A stretch of DNA of 64,000 nt from Mizuhopecten yessoensis. Lineage: Eukaryota. Both the position numbers and the translations under genes were made by a program. This document shows positions 50,345 to 63,400 of this stretch, in pieces. Every line of letters begins with the position of its first letter. Position 1 is the stretch's first letter. The stretch is taken from contig NW_018404603.1 in assembly GCF_002113885.1 (NCBI RefSeq), positions 171,571 through 235,570 of the forward strand. Direction: 5' to 3'. The notes under the pieces are model-generated. The model ran no database searches. It was given only the letters and a program-made list of their open reading frames with translations, and had not been told where the DNA came from.

Positions 50345-51462
50345 AGCTGGATTTTAATATTTGTCATGTTTTATACTTGACACCTGACCAGGTTTATGAT
50401 ATTTGTCTCGTTTTATACTTGACATCTGACCAGGATTATAATATTTGTCTCGTTTTATACTTGACATCTGACCGGGATTATAATATTTGTCTCCTTTTAT
50501 ACTTGACATCTGACCAGGATTATAATATCCGTCTCGTTTTATACTTGACATCTGACCAGGATTATAATATCTGTCTCGTTTTATACTTGATATCTGACCA
50601 GGATTATAATATCTGTCCATTTTTATACTTGACATCTGACCAGGATTATACTATCTGTCACGTTTTATACTTGACATCTGACCAGGATTATAATATTTGT
50701 CTCGTTTTATACTTGACATCTGACCAGGATTATAATATCTGTCAAGTTTATACTTGACATCTGACCAGGATTATAATATCCGTCTCGTTTTATACTTGAC
50801 ATCTGACCAGGATTATAATATCTGTCAAGTTTATACTTGACATCTGACCAGGATTATAATATCTGTCACGTTTTATACTTGACATCTGACCAGGATTATA
50901 ATATCTGTCTCGTTTTATACTTGACATCTGACCAGGATTATAATATCTGTCTCGTTTTATACTTGACATTTGACCAGGATTATAATATCTGTCAAATTTT
51001 ATACTTGACATCTGACCAGGATTATAATATTTGTCTCGTTTTATACTTGACATCTTACCAGGATTATAATATTTGTCACGTTTTATACTTGACATCTGAC
51101 CAGGATTATAATATCTGTCACGTTTTATACACCACAGCCGACCAAGATTATAATATCTGTCACGGTTTATACACCACAGCCGACCGACATTACAAGATCT
51201 GACACGTTTTATACACCACAGCCGACCGACATTACAAGATCTGACACGTTTTATACACCACAGCCGAACAAGATTACAAGATCTGTCACGTTTTATACCC
51301 CACAGCTGACTAAGATTATAATATCTGTCACGTTTTATACACCACAGCCGACCGAGATTACAAGATCTGTCACGTTTTATACACCACACCCGACCAAGAT
51401 TACAAGATCTGTCACGTTTTATACACCACAGCCGACCGACATTACAAGATCTGTCTCGTTTT
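50345..51462 (+). repeat. Minisatellite, 42-bp unit, about 26 copies, in two sequence domains
   Basis: Type A TTTTATACTTGACATCTGACCAGGATTATAATATCTGTCTCG runs to ~51122. Type B TTTTATACACCACAGCCGACCRAGATTACAAGATCTGTCACG follows (about 8 units). Confidence 0.98.
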
Positions 51463-52021
51463 AGAACGCATGCTGGTATACGTTGTTAAATCCGTTTTCT
51501 GAATCTGAGATTTGTCGACGCCATTGTTAATTCACGTTACCTTTAAAACGGACGTAAGTTGATTTACGCAACAAGTACCGACAAATTATCGAATAGAACT
51601 ACCAGACTTTTCATCTGCATGGTATTGTTGACAGCCTTCTATTAACAATGTATTAAGTAACCCATTTACTGTATTATTATTTGCGAGCGTACAATTTCCT
51701 ATTTTGTTTCTGGAACATATTTGAGGGGTTTATTTTCGCAGATCACAATTTCTGATAGTTTATTTCGGAATACCTCTCAAATAGTTCCGAGTGCTAACTA
51801 AACTCAATTATATGTCGCCCGACATCAAGTTTGAGTTCAGTGGATATATTGCCATGTTTGTACGGGAATTTCGTATTCTTTTTTTAAGTACGAACGAATG
51901 GTTTCATGTAGATCTTTCATTAATTATATTAGTTCATGATTAGGCTCAGACACAACACGCTTATTGTGACATAGAAATCTCATTTATTTACCCCTAAAGA
52001 CAAAATGTATACATATTTAAT

Positions 52022-52170
52022 TGGCTGAGCCTGTGACGCATTGGTTAGCGCACTTGTCTTTCTCCGAATCGGCCGAGTTTACTTTCCCGATCAAAACGAT
52101 AATTTCTCCGATCGGCCGAGTTTGCTTTCCCGATCAAAACGGTAAAAAATGACCCGGTGCAATGTGTTTT
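52022..52170 (+). mobile_element. Degenerate tRNA-like SINE head with internal ~44-bp duplication
   Basis: GTGACGCATTGGTTAGCGCAC (A-box-like), then TTTCTCCGA(A)TCGGCCGAGTTTRCTTTCCCGATCAAAACG twice (52059-52098 and 52103-52141). Confidence 0.6.
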
Positions 52171-52685
52171 TTCTATATACAGTAACCTCCCTTTAACTCC
52201 CGTTTAAACATAACTGTAGCCCAGTTGGGAAGGAGACTTCCGTTGACCAGTTAAATTTCTGTTTTTGTAATTTTGTTTGTCCGGTGATGGGTCATCAGGA
52301 AGCAAATGGCGTTGACACTGTAATGTTTTATAGAGACCTACGGTCGACGTTGGCTATTGGGTAACTGTCATGTTTGAGTGTTAACTTCCTGACCCCGAGC
52401 TCAGTTTCCTTAATATAGGTCCACTGAGAGCCTTCATTGATTTAGGTCTTTCTTTCGAATTGATTGTACATGAAACAGCCACATACATGTTTGTTAAACA
52501 TTCTTTGAAGATTCCATGTAATGTTCTGATAATTATATTAAATCGATTCTTCGGCACAATATGAAGCTCTTTGAAATGGAATATCAAATTGTCAAAGAGA
52601 CTGTTTTCTACATGAAATTCGTTGTCCAATGGCCTTTGAAACATTTCCGGACGGAAGGGCTCGAAGCTGTATAGGTTGTTTTATA

Positions 52686-52845
52686 GGTTGCGCAGTGGCA
52701 GGGGTTCGAATACCAGATCGGACGTGAAAAGGTTTGGATCATTTGGCTGACTACCTGGGTTTTTCAATATACGCAAATATTCTTCCATCATTAAGACCAT
52801 CTGCGCGCTTTCTTCCGCGCCAACAACAGTAAAAACTATAAATTT
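52686..52845 (+). mobile_element. V-domain SINE, decayed copy
   Basis: GCGCAGTGG, GGGGTTCGAATACC (B box), TCGGACGTGAAAAGGT, CATTAAGACC..TGCGCGCT and GCCAACAA, as in the other copies. Confidence 0.82.
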
Positions 52846-52910
52846 ATTTCATAGTTGTTATAAAATTAATAACGTTAATATAAACAGTATAAATGTAGAA
52901 GTCTTTTTGC

Positions 52911-53044
52911 TAAGGCCAATCAGAAAAATATGTTTCCTGCTCTATATAAGTTAAGTAAAAATATTTTTTGAAATAAAAAATGCCTTCCTACCTACCCATT
53001 ATTTTCTAAGGATGATAGCGGAAACAAAAGTATTTTTTGCCTTG
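52911..53044. mobile_element. Small MITE with imperfect terminal inverted repeats
   Basis: Left AAGGCCAATCAGAAAAATATGTTTCCTGCT vs reverse complement of the right end AAGGCAAAAAATACTTTTGTTTCCGCT. Internal CCTACCTACCC. Confidence 0.55.
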
Positions 53045-54324
53045 TTCTCTTGACTGTAATAACTGTCTACAAGGTGGGAATCAAGTATTTCCTATCGTAC
53101 ATTTTACTTGTCTAAACCAGGACAGTCTGTCGAAACGTAACGGACTGACGCACTTCTGTAATCAAAATCATTTGTTGACTTCATTGTGTAGATTTCTACA
53201 GACAGAACAGCTCGGCGTGTACTAATCCAAGATTTGATTGGTAGGGTATATCAAATGATGGTGCGGGCGACAGACAACTGTCCGGAGAATTCAGTTCAAT
53301 TCCGGAAGCATTATTAGAAAATCCCTGCAATTCCTTCACAATGTTTACAATGCCAATATTAGTTTACTCCTGGTCTCCCCCGAGTCTTTGTTTGCTATCT
53401 TTATTTATGATTCATTCGGGATGGTCTATGCTTAGTTATAGGGTTAAAAGCAGTAATATATTCTCTTTCTTTGTAATATCCATCATTGACTTTATTAATC
53501 ATAACGTATCGAGTTATATAGCGTTATGGTTATCTCCCTTGGGGATGACAAATCTTACTAACAAGTAACCTGCTGTAACTATGTATGATCGCACCGTATA
53601 AGGCTGTAGAGAGACAAAATAAGGCTATATTTGTAATCTTGGGACTCGGCTATGTTCAAAACGTACACAGACCGAATATCAAAATAGTTAGTCATGAGTG
53701 AAAAAATCTTACAAAGCAAATAACTTTCTTGTCAAATATGAAAAGAAAATCAATTTCTCTACAGACCGCTCGAGTCTGTCGGCTGAGAGTATGAAATATG
53801 GCGGACCGTACGTTCTCTAGCGTGAGGCCAACAGATAAATACATATAAAAGTCATCCCTCATGCAGATTTTCCAGCGATTTCTCCCCACTAGTCTGCGGA
53901 GACAGATAAATGGGTCTTTGGTCATGGAGTGGAACTACAGGATCGCTGCTGCCTGTCGTTGTACAGAGTGATCTACTATCTCTTAAGGTTTCTGGTTTAT
54001 TCAAATAGAAATATATAAATGCAGTTCACGTCACACTCCCTCATAGCTAGCGATCAGTGGGCTTATCCCTGAACAATCACCGAGTCAATGCATAGTAATT
54101 GTTCTTAATCCCGATATCATTCGATTTGATGTCCATTCAATTATTTATCCAATCGTATATATAGAGAGCGTCGGCGTTGAGATAACGTCGTACATGCTTG
54201 AAGACATTGTGTGGGTGTTGCTGCACTGTCAACACTTGAACTGATGTTTTAATAGCCAGTAAAGCCTGCTTAAAGAATAGAATAACACTAGAATATTCCT
54301 AGTGTTCATTTTTTTTCCGAGGAA

Positions 54325-54526
54325 AGCGATGGTTGGCGCAGCATATTGCACTATCCCCTTTCACCAACACGGCCGGGGTTCGACTCCCCGATGGCAGGTG
54401 AAAAGGTCTTGCGTCATATTCCCGACCGAGCTGGATTAATATGGATACTGAGGTTTCCTCCCAACATTGAGACCTCCACTCCCTAGGTATCCACCCAGGC
54501 CAACAATAGTGATTGGTATAAGTTGA
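54325..54526 (+). mobile_element. V-domain SINE, near-full-length decayed copy
   Basis: TGGCGCAGC (A-box-like), GGGGTTCGACTCCCC (B box), GTGAAAAGGT, GGTTTCCTCCCAACATT and GGCCAACAATAGTGATTGGTATAAGTTG. Confidence 0.85.
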
Positions 54527-55929
54527 AAAAGTATAAACACAATTTTGATATTAGATATTACTAAGAGTCACCTAAATGTATTTGAACATGGCCCCACTAC
54601 TGTAAAAGGTAGACACAGCTCCGTGAAACTTCTTACGGAGATTCGCTTAAGGAGGGTTTTGGAAATTTTCCTTCAGATTTCCCTTTGAAACCTTTACCAC
54701 TTATATATGGAAGTGTTAAGTCAAGAAAAGTCTCGAAGCTGTTGACAGGAATTATAATCAATCTGATGTCTTTCATGTGTACAACATTAGGCGGTGTGGG
54801 TTGAACCAGAACCAGAAGTTATTGTCATTATAGTATTAAAAACTTGGCCTCTTAACTCACGTTTTAAGATGCAACTATAATAGTAGCCTATTCATATGAG
54901 TGTGGCACAAGTGAAATAGTCGATAAACGAAAACATAGGGGAAGCAAAATCTCTAAAACGCTTCAAAACGTATTCCGGATAATGATAGGGTCCGTGACCG
55001 TTCCCAGCTTTAGAATCAATTACGATAGTGACCTTTCAGGCGAAAACCACCGAGGGGGATCTCGTACAGTTTTCAAAACACACGTATTTGACTTGGCAAC
55101 AAACAGGAGAAACACAGTAAAAACAAACAAACATTACAGTTGAGACAATGTACAACTACGCTGATTTTATGTGCCTTAAAGATACGTCAGTTACAAACAT
55201 ATACCTGTCTTATGGTGATGAGAAAAACCTTATGATCCAAAATAGAATTTTGTCGACTGGAGTTACCGTTCTTTAATGTCGTCCATGTTTTGGAGATTTT
55301 GTTGGGCTCTGTGTGGAGATGTTGATGGAGTGTATGGGTTAGAGCTATCCATCATACAAAGCGGTCAGGTAATATGTTGTCTCGGGAGTAGAAATGATAC
55401 GGTCATACCCATTATCCATCGATTTTATCACATTAACAAGTACGTACACAGTAGCTGATCTGTTATCACTTTTACCACACGTAATGTATGCGTCACAGAA
55501 AAGTAAAGATGGGTTCGAGCGTCTGTTTTGTAGTTGTGTCGTCACGTCACACACTATTCAAATGGTAACGGAGTGTCGTGAAATTACTTTGGTATTTGAA
55601 ATAACGTGTCAAGTCCCATGCAATAAGACCACCGAGGGCCAACGTCAATGTAACTCAAGAAAAGGCTAAACACTCTTAAAATTCAAAATCACGAAAAGGG
55701 AAACAATAAAATGGTCGATACACCGGAGGTATCAAGGAAACAAGGCAATGGACGTTGTTTTGTAATCCAAAGTATTGCAACTACGACAGAAGACGAGTTG
55801 GATCGTTTGAAGTTCCTGGACGGAAGAGAAAAATGCGCATGTGTCAAGATACCAAGTCTTTCTCTCAATCGGAGTCTTCACTAATTGAGGGAATCGTCAG
55901 CCTACAACGCCAACATCAAAACAACTTCA

Positions 55930-56160
55930 AAATGCTCTAGAAATAACCAAACTAATCAAGGTATCAAAAACGTACAAAATAAAGAGTAAGGTAGATAAAC
56001 ACTCCTCTATTTTTAAATAAAACCCTTGCAAGAGGTTTCCGCCTAAACACATTGGAACGGCAAGTGACATGTCGAAAGTACATGTATATCAAAAGTGACG
56101 CACTGTACTGACTGACCGACGGAAAGGTTGACCGACAGACGGGTGGAGTGCAAACGTACG
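55930..56160 (-). mobile_element. Possible Helentron-associated element remnant
   Basis: Decayed (GACG/GACA)n run followed by GGAGTGCAAAC at ~56105-56155, i.e. (GTCY)n on the minus strand. Assignment recalled, not searched. Confidence 0.35.
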
Positions 56161-58384
56161 TGTGGCATGACTCTTATGTCAAGCTCCTTTATGTGGCGTA
56201 TTCCAGTTAGTTAAGTACGCTCTATAAACTGTCGTATAATGATACAAGAAGGAATAAGAAATAAACAAGATATACATAGTACAGTATCTGACCATCTGTA
56301 TACAAAGACACGTTTTTCAATCTAAGCAAATCCCCGTCATTTCCCTGTACTAATAGCAGACCTGGACATGTGTATAGATTAAGTTACATGCTGTTACCGA
56401 CATTCCCTTCACGTAAACCACCAGCGTTTTATAACCAACACGTTAACCTTTACAGAAACAAGGAAAAACGTAACATGATAGGTTTGTGCAATCTCCGCTC
56501 GGAACTGTTTCCATGGAAACGCATCTTCAAATTTCTCGAAACCAGTAAGGGTCTATTTATAGACGAGTAAAAGGTTCTGCGGTGATTGTAAAGCTTCTCT
56601 CTTGTTTTCGTTGCGTGATTTGTATCAGGGAAATATAATTGTTTGTGGTCTTCATTGCGGATCATTGTTAGGACAGAAAATTCTATACCACCCAAGGTGG
56701 ACAGTCATTTGGTGACCTCCCATCTGTGATTGGTTGACGCGTACACGCTTGACATAATGTTGCCTATGTTTCATCCACTCCCATTTTAACGCGTTATCCA
56801 AGTATATTGTATATATCCATGTTCCTGTTCGTGTACTAACACGTGTTTATTATTGGCCATTTTCTATCAATGCTATATGGTTATTAGAGTTACGTAAACA
56901 CTGATATGCAGGTTAAATATTACTAAGGATTTTGTTTTGTTTTACCTACCTAAATTCGGTACATCAGTATATATATTGTACGAAAAAAAAATATCGGTAT
57001 AGATTGTTTCACGTCCACTTAAACATTCAATGAAATTTAAAAAAATGTAAAATTTAACATATTTTAGTTTGATTGTTCACTAGAAGGGGCCTATGCTACA
57101 TTCACATTTTCATTTCATATTCATAACAATATATATAATACACATTATTTACAACAAAACACATATTTTAATAACCATTATTTACTTTGAATATTTAAAC
57201 TACAGCACAGCTTTCACTTATTGAAACCGAAATGACAAAGGGGATGTCATCGATCGTTTCAATGTAAATTGAATGTCACTTTTACATTGGCAGTGCTAAC
57301 AAGAAGCTGTGTCGTAAGGAAATAAAAAATCGGCTGAAACGAAAACAGAAATTAAATTATGAAATGTTCCCTAGGCAGGTCTATTATGTTCTTCAGTTTG
57401 ACAGGTTTACATCAAATTCCCTATGTTATCCATTTTAACAAAACAAAATTTGTAGACATACCATATCGTTGCTAGCACCATACACCGCCATTAATTGTAA
57501 TGCGGATGTAACTGTAGCATGGACAGGCATGGATATACGTGTATAGCATTAACGTTATCATGTACCACTTACAATAATGTTTTGTTAGCTTAAGCAGTGA
57601 TGACTTTAACAGTTTAAAACAGGATCTGGTCTTAGGTTTGTTAAAATTCTTGAGTGAGACTTAACATTATTCACATGTTCTAGTTTCATTGGACAATTGA
57701 CATTCGACATATGCATATTTGGAATTTTTATTAAAAATTTCGAAGAATATACTATTTTTTTTGTGTTTTTTTTTTTGTCAACGTCAAGCTGAAGAATCTT
57801 GTAACATCTCTCTCTGACAGCTGTTCTCTCATCCCTATGTACACGTCTTTAGCCGCCTTGTCCTGGGAAAACATGGCTGGATTATTTTAATTTCCTGCTG
57901 TAGTACTTGCTGTACCAGCAGACAAGGATGGTAATTCTGCACAGAAGCTACTTCATAGGGATCAATTAAAAATGTTCAAAACATTTTGTAAAATCGGATG
58001 CCGGCGCAATTTCACGCTATTTGACATGCGACGTTAAAGATTGAAACCATTTAGACTTCAACATCCGGACCTAAATCTTATTTTACATTATGGGGTTGTT
58101 GGAAAGACGTTCGAGGAAATTAAATCTGGTCCGATCTGTTCTACCAAACGAAGATAATGCAGACTACACTTTTAATATTTGTAAAATGCTTTGATAGTGT
58201 ACTGGAACCAATTACATGTGACGTTCGGGATAATCTACTTATAACCTCAGGAAAAGACAAAAATGTCTTGACATTAGGTTAACAGAATGCAATGAAAACA
58301 CTAGTACAATGCCAGCTTCAATGAGCTACTATTAGTTCATGTATTTTGACTCACGAACTGTACCACGACATGTAACCCTAATAC

Positions 58385-58725
58385 AAGAACGATACCAGTC
58401 ACACTGGCATTGCCTTGTTCACTGGAATACTCAGATTTGTGACCATATATGACACAATAATCCGTCCAGTACCTTGGCATGGCCTCATTAAGTTCATAAC
58501 TTAAGTATTGTTACTATGAACAAGAATAATATCAGTATTTTGGCGTGGCCTTAGTAACTTCAACACACCATCATAGTAACCATGACACAGGAGGCATACA
58601 GAACATCGGTATGGCCTTAGTAACTTCAATACTCAACTGTGTAACCATATATGACACACCACTGTTGTACATTCTGTACGTAGCCATGACACCAGAACCA
58701 TACCAATACATTGCCGTGGCCTTTG
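58385..58725 (+). repeat. Degenerate tandem repeat, ~65-70-bp unit
   Basis: GGCATGGCCTTAGTAACTTCAA-like motif recurs about five times. TGGCCTTAGTAACTTCAA is exact at ~58546 and ~58612, and ACCATATATGACACA occurs twice. Confidence 0.78.
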
Positions 58726-60324
58726 AAATTGGTTTACGTTTACGACTCCCTATTGCCATGATACTTATTTGAGGTGAAAGGTTTTATATGTCACGAGGAC
58801 AGTAAAACATCAATGAAACTGATCTTGTTCTCCTCAGTTAGAATAATACTGGACACACCTCCTGGTGACAAACGTGACCCAACTCTCGCTCATGCCACGC
58901 GACAATAGACAGTGACATTTCACTCTCAACAAAACAGGTTCATGACACAAACTTTATTGTCCATATTCCTACAAATGCCAAATTTAAAAAGCGAAATTGC
59001 AACAGTGCTCATCAAGGAAACGAATTGAATGCTCACCGGAGAGGTTTATTTGAAAATCTTGCCTGAGAGATAAAAACTGTATCCATTTTATGGTTTCGAG
59101 AAACATAACGAAAAGCAAAGCCAAACTAATAAGGTTTATTATATAGCTGGTATGAATGTCATATCGTGGATAAAACTGCGGGAATAACGCGGTGAAATTA
59201 CTGCTGAACGTATCAATTTCATTTAATGTATCATACATTTTATCATTTCTATACGACATTTGGTAACATTAGTTGGTGTCATTCTCCTACATCCTCCTGG
59301 GTTGAATCATAACCACGTGGAGGCTGACATTGTTGTACTGACTCGGCGTTGCTATTTTTTAGAAATACTAGGTTACCATTCACTTTATGACGTCACCGTA
59401 ATTGTAATGTTACAATACTCTCTGCCAAGTACCGCTCTTTTTCTTTTGACGATTTTTATACATTATAGAACAATAGGACTTTTATTTTTAATGAAATGTG
59501 TTATATGGACCTCAAAAAGTATAATTGATCTCAACCTCGTCCCAGCTGATATCACTAAATTAACATTTCAGTCATTCAGAAGTGTGCACCACGGATTTCA
59601 TTATTTGTCTTAAATAATATGTGTAATTAATGTTTCTGGATATTTTATAAATGTAATTATATCATCATCATGTTGTTATTAAGTGTATTTATAACCACTT
59701 ATTCACCTCAACAATAGCCGTTAAATTGATAAATGCATTTCGACAGTTATCCGAAATTTCATTTATAAAATATCTTAAGTTAACGACGGATTCAGTTAAA
59801 TTTACCTCTACAGCTTGTATAGCTTTACTCGAAGACTCTATTTTATACAGGATTTAAGAATGCAGAAATCTCCATGGGTTCCGTCAGTGTTGAACGCTTC
59901 AGAATTGGGTTGCTATTCTCGAAGATTTATTCGGGTACATGGAGTTTGCAGAGTTTGTTCAGAACATAAAACTGTTGTTTTGTTTGAGAAATGTCATGCA
60001 ATTACAGATAGAGGTCAAAGTCAAAGATATTCAGAGTTAAACCATTAAAAGAAGCATGTTGTTATTAAGGATATACACTGCGTTTGATGTGTTGAGAGTC
60101 ATCTTTCCTAAAATAAAGATATAACAAACAAGTCAGACAACAAAGAAAGCAAATACATGTACATGCATGATTACTGGAAGCTAAATACGTGAACATGTAA
60201 AAGATGATCGGCATCATCTATAACATATCCAGAAACAGTAATTACACATATTAATTAAGACAAATAATGAAATCTGGGGTGCATACTTCTAAAGGACTTT
60301 GTTTTGTTAACTACACTTAATTGA

Positions 60325-60416
60325 TTAACGCAATCACCCCTGAAATTTCATAATGAACTTTTTTTCAATTTTTGAGTTGGAAGAGTTCAAATGTGTTTCA
60401 GGGGTGAATGCGTTAA
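60325..60416. mobile_element. 92-bp hairpin MITE bounded by TTAA
   Basis: TTAACGCAATCACCCCTGAAA ... TTTCAGGGGTGAATGCGTTAA gives a 20/21 inverted match. Inner TGAACT/AGTTCA also pair. Confidence 0.85.
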
Positions 60417-63400
60417 GGTTAATCCCTCAGATATAACATACACAGTATTGTAAGTACTGCGGAAATGTTTTCGAAATTCTCCTTATGATCAATCATGATG
60501 ATAAAAAATTCGACCTTGCCTAAGAATATTTAAAAAAACAAATTACAAATGCAAATTACCATAACGATCAAATTCAAGTTCCCAGTGACGTCATAATTAG
60601 CACCCATGTCTGGTTTTCATTAGAACACCCCCTGCTCGCAGACAAGGAAAAAACTTGGATACGCAACGCAGCAACGAAACAACATTCCAAGAATCATGAG
60701 TAATCGAAAAGAAATTTCAAACATAAAAATAAATTTAGAGCCAAATCGTGTTCAATGTTGTTCTATTTATGTAATTAGGCCAAATGTGTGAGTTTCAATC
60801 AAACTTAAAAGAGCTATTTGTTTTTGTGTGTATAAGAAGAACGGTGGTTAGTTACTGAAGCAGACATTTTCAAATTAAATTTTACGTTTTCGATCAGAAA
60901 CGCCGAAATTTGTAGAAATGTCAACAGAAATATGTTTTGAAAGAAAAAAACTATGAAGAAAAATAAAATTTTGAGTACACAACTTTTTAGCACCTTACAT
61001 ATCTATTGCCATTCAAAATATAAATGATCACGTATATACACGAAATGTACTGCAAAGTAAAAATAATTAAGCTATTCTGCTGCTTTTGTGTTGTGCGCTG
61101 AAGTCGAATAAGTTGCAGCAATGGAAAAAGTTTTCCCATGACGGTTTCAACTCTTCGATATGAATTGATTTATCTTTTGATGATTTGCTCGATTGATTTT
61201 TTGAGACTGTCATACATTCAACAATAGTGGCTTGTAAATATAAAAAAAAGCATAACGGACCGAACGGTACATGTACAACATCGCAGAAACGTGCTCACAG
61301 TTGCAAGAGAATATAGATATAGCAAGATGGCCTGAAGACTTTTGTTCAGAGAAACGATACAATTATAGAGATTAACTTTGGTTACCCCATGGATGATAGA
61401 CTTTCAATGCCTTCTATGATGAAAATGGTATAAACTGTGAACTTGCTGGTGAAAGTGCTTATCGTTCTCTCCAATTTAAATAATAAAAACTGAACACAAC
61501 AAAATTGGTCATTTATAAAGTACAACATAGGGAAGCTCGTTACTTCATGACTTTGTGCCTTGCTTTGGTTCTTTCTGTGTCTTATTACACTTGTACTTAA
61601 TCAAGATTTAGTGTGGTTACACATACAAAATGAATAACGAAATATAGTTAGTTACTATTCGTTCATTTTCGACAGTGAAAAAGCTAATTTTGCACACAAC
61701 AGCAGTTGTTCCAGTATATGACGTCATCACTTTTAGTGTGTTGTGTCTTTTTTTCCGTGCTATCCAGTATAAACAGAAACTGTTTACCATGAAGAGAATA
61801 TCTAAAATTAGATTACATCAGTACATTGTATATATTTGTCTATGATAACAGTATTCTCCATTCTGACCGTACTTGATGGTATACGGGAGTCGTTATCCTG
61901 GTTAGAAGAACCAGGAAATACTCAAGATGACGTGGATAAGGTACACTTCACACACATGCGTGTCATTCTCCGTCAGAGTGCTCCATCTTAGTTTGTATAT
62001 ATACGTACTTATCTTTATAGAAACCATATCCATGTATACCAAATACCATAATATAACTTGATCATGTCCGATCTCACGACATGCTTCCTTCATTTTTTTT
62101 ATTTTTTTTTCGTGTTTTATTGTGGAATATTTTCTATGTTTAACGTACAATATACAAATCTACCTGTAAGTTTATTAATTCTGATTGTTTACAACCAACA
62201 GCTTCTATATAATCTCCATGTTAGTTTTTTTCAATCTGTTTTTTTTTTTAATTTCTAATGTCGTAAGCGTCTCATGCTTTTCCTATTCTGCCCTGGTGGG
62301 AAACAAGAGGAACTATTTACCCGGCCACTTATATTTATGTAGTTATTTGTAGAGTTATGGCATCTTGTTATTCCATTCACACCAATTCCGAGATAAACTT
62401 GTTCCTTATCTCTGATTGGTCATTAATACTAAGAGACATAAGGATAGACGAGATAGTACTTAAATACATAGTCTGGGTCTCCAGTGTAAAACACTCAGTC
62501 CTGTACTTGTATACTATAGATAGTGGGTGATCCATTATATACCATAAAGCTATCATGCGCCCTATTTTGTAAATTAATATCTGGAATGAAATGTAATATT
62601 AAGGCAATAAAGTGTGTAGATTCAGCAGTTTTAGGGTATAAATGTTACATGTGTCACGGGCAGTCTGAAGGTAGTGCACCATTACTATATGTAGCACATT
62701 GACACAACCTAGTACACTAGGTTTGTCAATTTAGATTATATTGGTGCCGTATTTTCAAATACAGAATATGATAAATTTAATGTCCAAAAACAAAACTCGG
62801 TAACGGTAATATTGTCATTGAAAGTGTTTTGAGACTGTATTATTATATATATCAGCTTTTTTCACATTTTGTATATCCAAATATTCATGCACCCAAAGAG
62901 AGCAATTTCATGTTGGTCTTATGGGATGAAGCTGTTCTTGGTAGTAAATGCTTGTTAATACAGAGGCATCGCCATGCCAAATGTAAATATTAAAGTAAGT
63001 GTACATTCCTGATGTACACCCTAATATCAAAACTGGTTATAATCTGTCCTGTTCAGCGTCTTCGGTTTGGATAAAATCAAGATTGAGATTACCGAATTTG
63101 TAGGTAGAATGCACTAGGTACAAGTCATATAATTATAATCAAGGATATAACATGATCATGAAACTCGAACAAAAGTTGAAACCCTTGACCGTGCTCAAAG
63201 AAGAATAAGGTATAAACCACTTGGTATCAGATAGAACCGTTTTGTGATACGTACTACGAACTGTTTGCCTCATTAACAGAACAACAGAGATTGAGCTTGT
63301 ATACGATGTAGATATATCAAAGTCATTTGAATCCCCAATCGCCAAACAGGTGCTTGTCGCAGTCTTTGAAACGCGCGCGTACACAGTCCCTAGCGAGGCC

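Noticed and set aside
50338-51389. ORFs YNICLVLYLTSDQD / SSIKRDRYYNPGQM
   Set aside because: Repeat read-through interrupted by 41-bp units that shift the frame.
2745-51462. All four large arrays have unit lengths divisible by 3
   Set aside because: Small sample noticed after the fact. The smaller arrays (32, ~35, 53 bp) do not follow the pattern, and two of the large arrays contain frameshifts.
54325-54395. tRNA gene (GGTTCGACTCCC)
   Set aside because: No acceptor stem or full cloverleaf, and it runs directly into the SINE body shared with other copies.
61541-61560. GAAGCTCGTT resembling the start of miR-993
   Set aside because: The match ends after about 10 nt and there is no hairpin. 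No conserved miRNA was recognised by eye anywhere in the window.
63215-63330. Peptide ...YELFASLTEQQRLSL resembling the lead-in to a PIF1/Helitron helicase motif
   Set aside because: It stops shortly after and no Walker A motif follows; the similarity is too short to support.
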